A stretch of 64,000 nt of DNA, from assembly GCA_963716745.1 (NCBI GenBank), contig OY970320.1:3072001-3136000 (forward strand), given 5' to 3'. This document shows positions 19,556 through 30,064 of this stretch, one piece after another. A model generated the notes under the pieces. It saw nothing but the letters and a program-made list of their open reading frames with translations. It was not told where the DNA came from and did not search any database. Both the position numbers and the translations under genes were made by a program. The stretch comes from an uncultured Gemmatimonadaceae bacterium (GTDB lineage: Bacteria > Gemmatimonadota > Gemmatimonadetes > Gemmatimonadales > Gemmatimonadaceae). Position 1 is the first letter of the stretch; each line of letters starts with the position of its first letter.

Positions 19556-20629
19556 ATGTCTGACAGTCCGTCCTCCCGCGACATCAGCGCGGTGCTTCAG
19601 AATGGCCGCGGCTCGCGCCGAGCGTTCCTGAAGACGAGCGCGGCCACGGCGCTGGCGAGTGCGGCGCTCGTGGCGTGCAAACCCACCGATCAGGCGCCGG
19701 CGGCCGCCGCCGCCGGCGACAGCGCGCACGCCGGCATGACCGACTCCGCCACGGCGCACGCGGCCGTGGAGCAGATGGACTCGATGCACGAGAAGGGCGT
19801 GAAGGCCTTCCCCGCCAAAACGGAAGGGAAGGGGAACATGCCGCTCGCGCCGACGATGGACGGCAAGGTGAAGGTCTTCCACCTCACGGCCGCTCCGGTG
19901 AAATGGGAAGTGACGCCGGGCACGCTCGTCGATGCGTTCGCATACAACGGGCAGGTGCCGGGGCCGCAGATCCGGATCAAGGAAGGCGACCGGGTGCGCA
20001 TCGTCCTGAAGAACGATCTGCCCGAGAGCACGGCGATCCATTGGCACGGCGTGGAAGTGCCCAACGATATGGACGGCGTGCCATACATCACGCAGCCGCC
20101 AGTGAAGCCGGGACAGTCGTTCACGTACGAGTTCACGTTGAAGAATTCCGGCTCGCACATGTACCACTCGCACCACAACTCCACGATGCAAGTGGGCAAA
20201 GGCCTGCTCGGCGCTTTCATCGTAGAACCGAAGGTGCCGCGCGCGATCGAGAGAGCCGACATTGACTACGTGATGATCATCAACGATTCCACCGGCGGCT
20301 TCACGCTCAACGGCAAGGGATTCCCCGCCACCGAGCCGATCGTGGCCAAGAAGGGACAGAAGGTGCGCATCCGCTTCATGAACGAAGGGCAGATGATCCA
20401 CCCGATGCATTTGCACGGCATGCCGATGCTCGTGATCGACAAGGACGGCTATCCGCAGCCGATGCCGTGGAAGTGCGACACGCTGAACGTCGCGCCCGGC
20501 GAGCGGTGGGACGTGATCGTGGATGCGCAGGCGGTGGGGACGTGGGCGTTCCATTGTCACATCCTTTCGCACGCGGAGAGTCAGATGGGAATGTTCGGGA
20601 TGGTCACGGCGCTGATCATCCAGGCGTGA
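19556..20629 (+). CDS. Two-domain multicopper oxidase, Tat-exported lipoprotein
   Basis: SRRAFLK plus ALVAC; HWHG, YHSH, HPMHLHG, HCHILSH...GM. Confidence 0.92.
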   Translation: MSDSPSSRDISAVLQNGRGSRRAFLKTSAATALASAALVACKPTDQAPAAAAAGDSAHAGMTDSATAHAAVEQMDSMHEKGVKAFPAKTEGKGNMPLAPTMDGKVKVFHLTAAPVKWEVTPGTLVDAFAYNGQVPGPQIRIKEGDRVRIVLKNDLPESTAIHWHGVEVPNDMDGVPYITQPPVKPGQSFTYEFTLKNSGSHMYHSHHNSTMQVGKGLLGAFIVEPKVPRAIERADIDYVMIINDSTGGFTLNGKGFPATEPIVAKKGQKVRIRFMNEGQMIHPMHLHGMPMLVIDKDGYPQPMPWKCDTLNVAPGERWDVIVDAQAVGTWAFHCHILSHAESQMGMFGMVTALIIQA

Positions 20630-20777
20630 CGGCGTGCCTTGACTGCCGATGGTCGGGAGCCGATCGTCGATGAAGCATGAAATCTGATTCCGTTACTGCT
20701 AGAGAAGGTTATGGAATTTGTTGTCATTCCTAAACGAATATCGGCAATCGAATATCGGCCGTCGGGGTTCAAGTGGT

Positions 20778-22945
20778 ATGACCGCCTACGTCAGAGATGA
20801 TTTCAACCGCGCCGACGGCCCCGTCGGCGCGGCACTCACAGGACAAACGTGGTCCGCGAGCGGCGGCGCGGCGATCGCGAACAACACGCTCGCGCTGCCA
20901 CCGAACGCGATGGCGAGCATTGACGTGGGCGCCGCGGCATACACCGTCTGCTTCACGCCCACCCCGGGCTCCAAGAACGTGGAGCAGAATTGCCGCTTCC
21001 GGTTCGCCATGAAGGATGACCGGAACTGGGCGCAGTTCTATAGCCTGAATGGCGTCTGGTGCTACGTCGAGATGATCGATGGCGCGCAGCGCGGATTCGT
21101 GCAGCTGGCGCGGACGAAGAAATGGTCGAGCGGAATGCCGATCCTGGTGACGATGGGCGGAGCATCGTGGTCCGCGCGGCTGATGGATGATGCGTTCGAG
21201 GGCGCCGTGAGCGCCGCGCTGAGAGCGAACACGCGGATCGCGTTCGCGGGCTCGACCGGGGCGGCGGAGACGGTGGACAACGTCATCGTGTGGAGTGCGG
21301 TGCCGAACCCGATGTTCGTTGGGCCAACGGGGAGTCCGGCGGGAGAAGGTTCCCGCGCCGTGCCGATGGATCTCCAGAGCGCGCTCAATTTCGCGCCGCC
21401 CGGCACGACGATCCGCATGCTCGACGGGATGTACACGCCTGCCGACGGGCGCGGCTTCGTCTTCCACGTCTCGGGCACGCCGACAGCGCGCATCCGCCTC
21501 ATGCAGGACTCGCCCGGACTCGGGCGCGCGATCATCGATGGCTACGTGCCCGGCAAGCCGATCGCGCCGAGTCAGGGGACGCTCAATCTGTTCGGCCAGC
21601 GCGGCGGGCATTACGTGGATCTGTACGGGTTCCGCGTCACGAATTCGGATCCGACGCGGAGTTTCGACGGCGTGAAACAGTGCAGCGACGGTGGCGTGCA
21701 GATCGTGGATGCCATCGCGACGAATCTCTATCACATCATCTCCGACAATCACGGCGTCAACAACTTCTCCCTGTTCGGTTCGAACGAGGGCGGCGTGATG
21801 TACTACGGGCTCCTGTCATTCAACAACGGGAATCCGCTCGGCTTTCCCGGCTTCAGCGGATACGGCATTTACGAGCAGTCCGATCCGCACGGACAGGACC
21901 GCAAGACCGTGCAGGCGTGCATCCTCTGGAACACGTACGGACAGGACGTGGCGCCGGGGAACGCGTACCTCATCCACTCATACGCGCATCACGGGAACCT
22001 CGAGAACCAGGATTTCCTCGACAACATCCTCCTGGCGTCGCCCGCGCGAGGCGGCGCGATCGCGGACTACACCGCGTGGGCACAGCCCATTCTCTGGGGC
22101 TCGTTCCGGAACCCGATCGTCGCGGGAACGTTCCAGCGGAACGTGACGATGAAGCCATTCTCCGTGCGCGTGCTGCACGGGCAATCGTCGATCGGCTACA
22201 GCGCGCACGACAACCATGACGTGCAGGTGCTGGACAATCATTTCATGGGCGGCTGCGCCGTGAACGCGTTCCGCTCGGCGGCGATGCGCGGGAACACGTT
22301 CGTCGCGACGGGCACCGTGAACGGCGGAAAGGGCGGCAAGCATCCCGACGGCGCCGGATGCTGGGAAGTGGTGCGGAACACCGGCGTGCCGAGCGATCTC
22401 ACCGATTGGACGTGGGGCGCGAACACGTACTACGACGACGTCGAGCGGCCGGACGGCGCGTTGCCGAAGTATGACACGCTGTTCTCGGTGGATGGCGAGA
22501 GCAGCATGGCGTTCGACCAGGTGGTGAACGACCACGGACCGTGGCGGAATCGCGTGGGCGACATGAAGTCCACGCTCAAGATGGGATTGCCGGCGGAGAA
22601 CGTGATCAAGGTGAATACATCGCCGTTCACCGATACCGGTATCCTCGCGACCGTGGGTGTAGTGAATTACACCAAGGCGGCGACGATCGATCTCGGGAAT
22701 TGCGGGATCGCGAATGGGACGAAGTACGAGGTGTACCACATCGCGGATCTGCTGTGGAGCGCGGAGGGGAAGTTCATTGGGGTGCCGACGGCTTCGGGCA
22801 CAATGAGGCCGGCGGAACGATCAAAGTGCTGGGAATGCCGAGCAAGACATTCCAGACGCCGGTGGGGACGGGAAGGTTCGCGCCGGCGAATGCGCAGGCC
22901 ACGATGCCAGGAGAGATCGCGGCGTATGTCATCGTTCGGGCGTGA
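20778..22945 (+). CDS. Large protein with N-terminal beta-sandwich-like domain and right-handed beta-helix (apparent frameshift near 22805)
   Basis: DDFNRADG N-terminus; FVGPTGS..G.GS...PMDLQSAL..APPGTTI.M..G.Y beta-helix cap; Asn/Gly-rich; shifted frame ends ...AAYVIVRA-TGA. Confidence 0.7.
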
Positions 22946-22952
22946 GTGGGCT

Positions 22953-23011
22953 TTAGTACCGCTGAAACAGCGCGTTTGGCAACTGAGCGTATGGTACGGC
23001 TCGGCGTGAGT
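22953..23011 (+). repeat. Left 59-bp inverted repeat flanking four-helix-bundle gene
   Basis: 56/59 match to reverse complement of 23519-23577. Confidence 0.95.
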
Positions 23012-23016
23012 AGGAA

Positions 23017-23430
23017 CTACGCCTTGGCGACGAGCTCTTCGCGGGCGCGGCGCACCAGTACGGTGAGGATCCGGGCGAGAGTGGTGTGTAGGGACATGCG
23101 CGAGTCGGTGTCGGCAGGGCCGAGGGCGTCGCGGGCTTTGTAGTACCAGTCGCGCGACTCGCGAGCGGAGCCGAGGGCGTACTCGTAGAATCGGCCGCGA
23201 TCCTTGCGGCCCAGGCGACTGTAGCCCTCCGCGATGTTCACGCTAATCGATGCGGTTGCCCGTGCCATTTGATCCGCGACGTGATCGTAGCCGCCGCGCT
23301 GCAAAAGGACCGCCGCATCCGTGCGCCCCAAATCGCCCGCGTAGAGCGCGGAGCGATATACCCGCAGCCCCCAAAGCGCATCCGCGCGAATATGCTCCGG
23401 CACCGCGGCTTCCCACTCGTCGTAAGTCAC
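23017..23430 (-). CDS. Four helix bundle protein (TIGR02436 / 23S rRNA IVP-like)
   Basis: DQM.RA..SI..NIAEGYSR...KDR.RFY..ALGSARE family motif. Confidence 0.9.
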   Translation of the reverse strand: MTYDEWEAAVPEHIRADALWGLRVYRSALYAGDLGRTDAAVLLQRGGYDHVADQMARATASISVNIAEGYSRLGRKDRGRFYEYALGSARESRDWYYKARDALGPADTDSRMSLHTTLARILTVLVRRAREELVAKA

Positions 23431-23518
23431 GAAGCACCTCAGTCAATCAGACCCCCGAGGATGTGCTGCGGCGGAATAGGGAGTGCCATCGAGCGATTGC
23501 GCGCCGAATCGTTCGCCC

Positions 23519-23577
23519 ACTCACGCCCTGCCGTACCATACGCTCAGTTGCCAAACGCGCCGTTTCAGCGGTACTAA
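23519..23577 (-). repeat. Right 59-bp inverted repeat flanking four-helix-bundle gene
   Basis: Reverse complement of 22953-23011 with 3 mismatches. Confidence 0.95.
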
Positions 23578-23610
23578 GGCCTTCACGCGCCAACAGCAGT
23601 TAGATTAAGA

Positions 23611-24450
23611 ATGCCCTCCGGCACGTTGTACGTGGTGAGTACTCCCATCGGCAACCTCGGCGATCTTTCGCCCCGCGCCGCCGAGACGCTCAAGTCCGTG
23701 TCGCTCGTGCTCGCCGAGGACACGCGGCATGCGCGTGTCCTTCTCGATCATGCCGGCGTGAAGACTCCCGTCGCGAGTCACCACGAGCACAACGAAGCCG
23801 CCTCCACGCCTGGTATCGTCGCGAAATTGTGTGCAGGCGAGAGCATCGCGCTCGTCTCCGATGCAGGCACGCCGCTGCTCTCCGATCCGGGCGCGCGCCT
23901 CGTGCGCGCCGCGATCGAGGCCAACGTGCCGGTGATCGCGGTGCCCGGCCCGTCGGCGCTGCTGGCCGCACTCGTGACATCCGGGCTCGACGCTTCGCGC
24001 TTCACGTTCTACGGATTCCTCGAACGCAAAGGCGCCGATCGAACCGCCGCGCTGGAGGAGATCATGCTCTTGCCGCACACGGCCGTGATCTACGAATCGC
24101 CCGCGCGCGTCGCCGCCACGCTCGCCGATCTCGCGGCGCGTGGCGGCGGTGAGCGCGCGGCCGCGGTCGCGCGCGAGCTCACGAAGAAATTCGAGGAGAC
24201 GCGGCGCGGAACGGTCGGTGAACTCGCGCGGTACTACGAGGAGACACCGCCGCGCGGCGAAGTCGTGCTCGTCATCGCCGGAGCAACGCCGCCGGCCGCC
24301 GCGGATGTCGAAGTGGCGGCGCGCGCGCGCGCCGATGCACTGCGCGGCGAAGGGCTGCCCTCGCGCGACATCGCGAAGCAGCTCGCCGCCGAGCTCGGGA
24401 TCGCGCGCAATCTGGCGTACCGGTTGGCGCACGAAGGGGAGGCAGAATGA
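23611..24450 (+). CDS. rsmI: 16S rRNA (cytidine1402-2'-O)-methyltransferase
   Basis: LYVVSTPIGNLGD, AEDTR, LVSDAGTPLLSDPG, YESP.R, RELTKKFEE. Confidence 0.97.
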   Translation: MPSGTLYVVSTPIGNLGDLSPRAAETLKSVSLVLAEDTRHARVLLDHAGVKTPVASHHEHNEAASTPGIVAKLCAGESIALVSDAGTPLLSDPGARLVRAAIEANVPVIAVPGPSALLAALVTSGLDASRFTFYGFLERKGADRTAALEEIMLLPHTAVIYESPARVAATLADLAARGGGERAAAVARELTKKFEETRRGTVGELARYYEETPPRGEVVLVIAGATPPAAADVEVAARARADALRGEGLPSRDIAKQLAAELGIARNLAYRLAHEGEAE

Positions 24451-25124
24451 TCCGTTGGCTGCGCGTGATCCCGCTCGCTGTCCTGCTCGCGCTGCATTCT
24501 GCGCCGGCCGCGGACGGCACGCGTCTCACGATCGCGCGCCTGCAATACGATGGCGGGGGCGATTGGTACGCGAATCCTTCGAGTCTGCCGAATCTCCTCG
24601 CGGCCATCGCTGAGCGCACGACGATCCCGGTGGAGCGCACCGAGGCGCGCGTCACGCTCATGGACGATCGCCTCTGGGATTTTCCCTTCCTGCACGTGAC
24701 CGGTCACGGGAACATCCATTTCAGCGACGCCGAGGTGATTCGGCTTCGCGAGTATCTCGAGCGCGGCGGCTTCCTGCATGTGGATGACAACTACGGCCTC
24801 GACCCGAGCTTCCGGCGCGAGATCGCGCGCGTCTTCCCCGACCGGCCGCTCGTCGACGTGCCGGAGTCGCATCCGATCTATCACATCGTCTACGATTTCC
24901 CCAAGGGGATTCCCAAGATCCACGAGCACGACGGGCTTCCCGCGCGCGGCTTCGGCATCTTCCTCGGTGATCGCCTCGCGGTCTACTACAGCTTCTCGAG
25001 CGATCTCGGCAACGGTTGGGAAGACGTGAAGACGTACAACGATCCGCCCGAACTGCACGAGGCGGCGTTGCGCATGGGTGTGAACCTCTTCGCCTACGCG
25101 GTGACGAGCCGCACGGTGCAATGA
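24447..25124 (+). CDS. DUF4159 domain protein
   Basis: GGGDWYANPSSL, LREYL..GGFLHVDDNYG, SDLGNGWED. Confidence 0.88.
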   Translation: MIRWLRVIPLAVLLALHSAPAADGTRLTIARLQYDGGGDWYANPSSLPNLLAAIAERTTIPVERTEARVTLMDDRLWDFPFLHVTGHGNIHFSDAEVIRLREYLERGGFLHVDDNYGLDPSFRREIARVFPDRPLVDVPESHPIYHIVYDFPKGIPKIHEHDGLPARGFGIFLGDRLAVYYSFSSDLGNGWEDVKTYNDPPELHEAALRMGVNLFAYAVTSRTVQ

Positions 25125-28100
25125 CGCTCGCGCGCATCGTCCAGCGCGAGCGCAGGCGGCTCGCGGAGACCCTCGGCAGCGCCGGCGTGCTCGCCGGGCT
25201 GGGCGCGGCGCTCGCGACGGTCGCGCTCGCGGCGGTGGCGTTGGGCGCGGGCCGCTGGATCACGCGCCCCGCCGCGCCCTTCATCGCATGGGCCGCAGTC
25301 GTCGCGATCCTCGCCGCGATCGCCGTGCTCACGCGCCGCGCGATGGAGCGCCGCGCGTCCGCGACGGAAACGGCGCGCGCGATCGAGCGCGAGCGCGGAT
25401 TGCGCGTGGGGGCGCTGCGCGCGGCGTCGGAGAGCGCGAACGACGGCGCGTTCGGCGCGCACGCGTCCGGACTCATGGCCGCGCGCCTGGACTCAATGGG
25501 CAATGTGCTCGCGCCCGCCGCACTCGGCGCGGCGCGGCGGCGCCTTGGTGCGGCAACGGCGATCGTGGCGGCCGCGTTCCTGGTCGCGGCGGCGGCGGCG
25601 CGCACCGCGCCGGATGGGTGGCGTGCGATGGAGCATCCCGCGCGCGCGTACGCCGGCACGCTACTGCCGCCGATCGCCATCGACGTTACGCGCCCCGCCG
25701 TGATGCGCGGAGATACGCTGCGGGTCGGCATCGCCGCACCTGGCCGGCGCGCGATCACGCTCTCCTCGCGTGCGACCGGCGCCGCGTGGCGAAGCGCTGC
25801 GCTCGCGGTGACCGACGGACGCGCCAGCGCGCTGCTCGGCCCGCTCGATGCCGACCTCACGCTCGTCGCGAGCGACGGCCGCGCGATCAGCGATACGGTG
25901 GTGATCCACGTGCGCGACCGCGCGTTCGTGGGCGATGTGGGCGTGCTCGCCGAGTATCCGGCGTATCTCCACCGCGCGAACGAGGCGCTCCCTGCGGGCG
26001 AGCCGATCCGCGTGCCACGCGGCACCGTGTTGCGCCTCGAGGCGCGCGCATCCACCGAACTTACGCGAGCGGGCCTCGCCCTCGATGGGACCCGCGACAC
26101 GCTGCGCCTCACGGCGCGCGGCAAACGCGCCACCGGCCGCCTCGACGCGGGTGCGGGCGGCACGTGGCGCTGGTTCGCCGTGGCGGTGGATGGTCCCGTG
26201 AACGACGTGCCGCCGCCACTCGAGGTCCAATCGGTGCCCGACGCGCCGCCGCACGCCGAGATCCTCGCGCCGGCGGCGGACACGCTCATCGCGTCGAGCG
26301 GCACCATCACGCTGCGCCTCGCGGCGAGCGATGATCACGGCGTGGCGCGCGTGGTGCTGCGTTTGCGCAGCGAGACCGACGGCCGCATGGGCGCGGAGTC
26401 GGAGCAACTGCTCGCGCAGCCCGGCGCACCGGCATGGGCGCAAGAGGTCCCGCTCGATCTGGCCTCGCGCTCGCTCGCGCCCGGCGATGCGGTGCACGTC
26501 GTGCTCGGCGTGATGGATGATTCGCCGTGGAAGCAGACGGCCGAGAGCCGCGAACTCGTGGTGCGCGTGCCGACACTCGCGGAGGCCCGCGCGATCGCAC
26601 GCGCGATGGGCGACAGTGCCGCGGCGCGCACCGCCAGTGCGGCGGAGGCGCAGAGAGACCTGACGCGCCGCACGCAGGAAGCATCGCGCACGCGCGCCGA
26701 CCGCAACACGGACATCAACGGCGTGCGCTCGGGCGAACGTCCCGATCCGCGCGGCATGAGCTACGAGACGGCGCAGCGCGCCGAGGCGCTCGCGAAGGAG
26801 CAGGAGCAGCTCACGCAGCGCGTGCAGAACGCGCAGCAGGACGCCAAGGCGCTCGAGCGCGCGCTCAAGGATGCGGGCGCGCTCGACTCCGCGCTCGCGC
26901 GCCAGCTGCAGGATGCGCAGAAGCTGCTCGCGGACGCGCTGACGCCGGAGATGGCGCGGCAGCTCGCGGCGGTGATGTCCTCATCGAAGAAACTCTCGCC
27001 CGAAGAGACGCGCCGTTCGCTCGAACAGCTTGCGCAGCAGCAAGAACGTCTGCGCGCCGAGCTGGAGCGCTCCGCCGAGATGCTCAAGCGCGCGGCGCTC
27101 GAAGGCGCAATGCAAACGCTGCGCGACGACGCGCGTGAACTCGCCGCGAGATCGCGCGTCGTGGCCGACTCGCTCGCGCGGCACGACACCGCGGCGCGCG
27201 CCGAGGCGAAGTCGCTCGGCGACCAGTCCAAGGCGCTCGCGGCGCAGGTGCAGCGACTCGCCGACCGCCTCGCGAAGGCGCAGGCCGATGCCGCCGCGGG
27301 AAAGATGCCTTCGGCCGCGCAGCACGCGCAGAGCTCGTCGGACCGCATGACGAGCGCTTCGGCACAACCGCAGGACGACCGCGCGGCGAGCGAAGGACGC
27401 GAGGGCGCATCGGAAATGGAGCGCACCGCCCAGGATCTCTCCGACGCGCGCCAGCAGCAGATCAGTGCATGGAAGAACGGGCTCACCTCCGAGCTCGACC
27501 GCGCCGCCGCCGAAGCGATGGAGCTGTCGAAGGCGGAGTCGGATCTCTCAGAGCGCGCCGCCGCGGGCAGCGACAGCTCGCTGCGCGGCGAGCAAAGTGC
27601 CGTGCAGCAAGGCGTGGACAAGTTGAACGCGCGGCTGGGCCGCGCGGCGGGACAGAGTGCGCACGTATCGCCGGAATCGCAGCGCGCGATGGCGGAAGCG
27701 AAGTCGAGCGTGTCGGAGGCGACGCGCGAGCTCGCCGAGTCGCGGCGCGGCGGGCGCGAGGCGGCGCCCGAGCTCGCGCAGGCGTCGCAGGCGCTCGCGC
27801 AAGCCGCGGCGAAGATGATGGGCGATCGCGCGCAGGCGGCGAGCGGCAAGAGCGCGTCGGGATTCGCCGAGATGCTGGACAAGCTCGCGCAGATCGCAAA
27901 GCAACAGGGCGGACTGAATGCGCAGGCGGCTGGACTGCTGCCGTCTCCGGGCGCGCCGATGGGCGACGCGGCGGCGAGCCAGGCGCGCGCGCTGGCGAAC
28001 CAGCAGCGCGCGCTCGCGAAAGCGCTCGAGGAATCGAACGCCGGCGGCGACGCGCGGGCCGCTCAGATGGCGCGCGAGATGCGCGACATCGCCGACCAAC

Positions 28101-28393
28101 TCGATCGCGGCCGCGTGGATCCGGAATTGCTCCGCCGGCAGGAGAAGCTCTTCCATCGCCTGCTCGATTCGGGGCTCGCCATGGAGAAGGACGAGCGCGA
28201 GGACACGGGCAAGCGCGAATCGCGCTCGGCGAGCGGCGAGGGCATGTTCACGCCGTCGAACAGCAACGTCGCCGGGCGAGCGGCCTCGCGCTACGGCGCG
28301 CCGTCATGGAACGAGCTTCGGACGCTCACGGCGGATGAACGCCAGGCGGTACTCGACTATTTCAACCGCCTCGAGCATGCAGCCACTCCGTAG
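25121..28393 (+). CDS. DUF4175-like membrane-anchored long coiled-coil protein
   Basis: N-terminal TMs, PAYL, ASDDHGV Ig-like region, long Q/E/A-rich coiled coil, C-terminal DYFNRL; ATGA overlap. Confidence 0.75.
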   Translation: MTLARIVQRERRRLAETLGSAGVLAGLGAALATVALAAVALGAGRWITRPAAPFIAWAAVVAILAAIAVLTRRAMERRASATETARAIERERGLRVGALRAASESANDGAFGAHASGLMAARLDSMGNVLAPAALGAARRRLGAATAIVAAAFLVAAAAARTAPDGWRAMEHPARAYAGTLLPPIAIDVTRPAVMRGDTLRVGIAAPGRRAITLSSRATGAAWRSAALAVTDGRASALLGPLDADLTLVASDGRAISDTVVIHVRDRAFVGDVGVLAEYPAYLHRANEALPAGEPIRVPRGTVLRLEARASTELTRAGLALDGTRDTLRLTARGKRATGRLDAGAGGTWRWFAVAVDGPVNDVPPPLEVQSVPDAPPHAEILAPAADTLIASSGTITLRLAASDDHGVARVVLRLRSETDGRMGAESEQLLAQPGAPAWAQEVPLDLASRSLAPGDAVHVVLGVMDDSPWKQTAESRELVVRVPTLAEARAIARAMGDSAAARTASAAEAQRDLTRRTQEASRTRADRNTDINGVRSGERPDPRGMSYETAQRAEALAKEQEQLTQRVQNAQQDAKALERALKDAGALDSALARQLQDAQKLLADALTPEMARQLAAVMSSSKKLSPEETRRSLEQLAQQQERLRAELERSAEMLKRAALEGAMQTLRDDARELAARSRVVADSLARHDTAARAEAKSLGDQSKALAAQVQRLADRLAKAQADAAAGKMPSAAQHAQSSSDRMTSASAQPQDDRAASEGREGASEMERTAQDLSDARQQQISAWKNGLTSELDRAAAEAMELSKAESDLSERAAAGSDSSLRGEQSAVQQGVDKLNARLGRAAGQSAHVSPESQRAMAEAKSSVSEATRELAESRRGGREAAPELAQASQALAQAAAKMMGDRAQAASGKSASGFAEMLDKLAQIAKQQGGLNAQAAGLLPSPGAPMGDAAASQARALANQQRALAKALEESNAGGDARAAQMAREMRDIADQLDRGRVDPELLRRQEKLFHRLLDSGLAMEKDEREDTGKRESRSASGEGMFTPSNSNVAGRAASRYGAPSWNELRTLTADERQAVLDYFNRLEHAATP

Positions 28394-30064
28394 CGCCGCA
28401 GTGGTGCTCGCGGTCGCGCTCTCGACGGTGGGGCTGCGCGCACAGAGCGCGGAGGCGCGCGCCCAAGGGTTCGAGGAACACGAACAGTGGAGCGAGGCCG
28501 CCGCGGCATATCGCGAAGCGCTCGCCGCGTCGCCCACATCGCTCGGGCGCGCTGCTGGGGCTCGAGCGGGTGTACGATCAGCTCGGCATGCGCGATTCCA
28601 TCCTGCCGGTGATCGCGCACGCTGTGGAGCAGTCACCGCGCGATCCGTCGCTGCGCGGGATCCAGTTGCGCGAGGTGCGCGCCACGCAGGGCCGCGCGGC
28701 TGCGCGCGACGTGTACGAGCAATGGCGCCTCGCCGCGCCCGGCGATCTCGCGCCCTTCCGTGCCTACGCGCGCATCCTCCTCGCCGACAACGATCCGCGC
28801 GCCGCCGACAGCGTGCTCAAGGACGCCGAGCGCGTGTCAGGCGGCGCGCGCGAACTCGCGTACGAGACGGCGATGCTCCGCGCATCGCTCGGTCTCTGGG
28901 AGAGCGCCGCCCAGGCATGGCACGATGCCGTGGGGGACCGCCCGTATTTCGCGCAGGCGGCGGCATTCTCCCTGCTTCCGACGCCCGCGGCGCAGCGCGC
29001 CGCGGTGATCGCCGCGCTTGCGGCGAAGCCGGTGACGGTGGGCTCGCGGTCGGTCATCGCGCAGATGCAGCTGGCGTGGGGCGAACCGCGGCTGGGGTGG
29101 GATGCGCTGCGCGATCTGCGCGCCGACAGCGATGCGGTGACCGCGTGGCGCGACTATGCCGACCGTGCGGAGGCCGCCGGCGCATGGCTGGTCGCGCGCG
29201 ATGCGCTCATTGCAGCGGCGCTGGCGCGGCATGACGGCGAGCTCATGGCGCGCGGCGCGCGCGCCGCATTGCGCGCCGGCGATGCGCGGGGCGCCGATAC
29301 ACTCGCGGCGCTCGCCGCCTCCGAGATGGACTCGGCGTTCGCCGCGGGCGTCGCGGTGCCCGTGCGCGTCGACGCGCTCAGTGTGCTCGGGCGCGGCGCG
29401 GAGGCGGAGCAAGTCGCGGCCGCGTACGCCAAATGGGTCACGCCCGATGAACGCGCGGCGATGGCGCGTCGCGTCGCGTGGGCGTGGCTGCGCGCGGGTG
29501 ACATTCCGCGGGCGCGTGCCGCGCTGAAGGCCGCCGGCCCCGATGCCGGCGATGCGTCCGGATGGCTCGCGCTGTACGACGGCGACCTCGCCGCGGCGCG
29601 CACGCTCATCCCGCCCGACCGCGCGCACCAGCCCGACGAACTCACGGCCGCGGCATTGCTCGGACGCACCACGCGCGAGCGCGCGCCCGTCACCGGCGCC
29701 GCGTTCCTCGCCCTCGCGCGCGGCGACAGCGCGAAGGCGGCGCGCGGCTTCGAGTCGGCCGCCGCCGAAGTCCCCGAAGCCGCGTCGCTGCTGCTCGATC
29801 TCTCGGCGCGTATCCGTGCTGCACAGGGCGATGACGCGGCGGCCATCGCGCTCTGGAGCCGCGTCGTGGCCGAGAGTCCGCAGTCGCCCGAGGCGCCGTC
29901 CAGCGATCTCGCGTGGGCGCGCGCGCTGCGCCGCGCGCATCGGGATAACGAGGCGATCGCGCGACTCGAGCATCTCGATCCTCACCTATCCGGAGAGCGC
30001 GCTCGTTCCGCAAGCGCGCCGCGAGCTGGACGCCGCGCATCAAGCGCTGCCGAGCACCTCGTGA
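28377..30064 (+). CDS. Tetratricopeptide-repeat protein (apparent frameshifts near 28545 and 29977)
   Basis: Signal peptide; ALLGLERVY; Ala-rich helical repeats; ends LEHL-ILTYPESALVPQARREL. Confidence 0.72.

Noticed and set aside
22953..23577. Diversity-generating retroelement or 23S rRNA IVS
   Set aside because: No reverse transcriptase, no TR/VR pair with adenine-specific mismatches and no rRNA sequence around the gene
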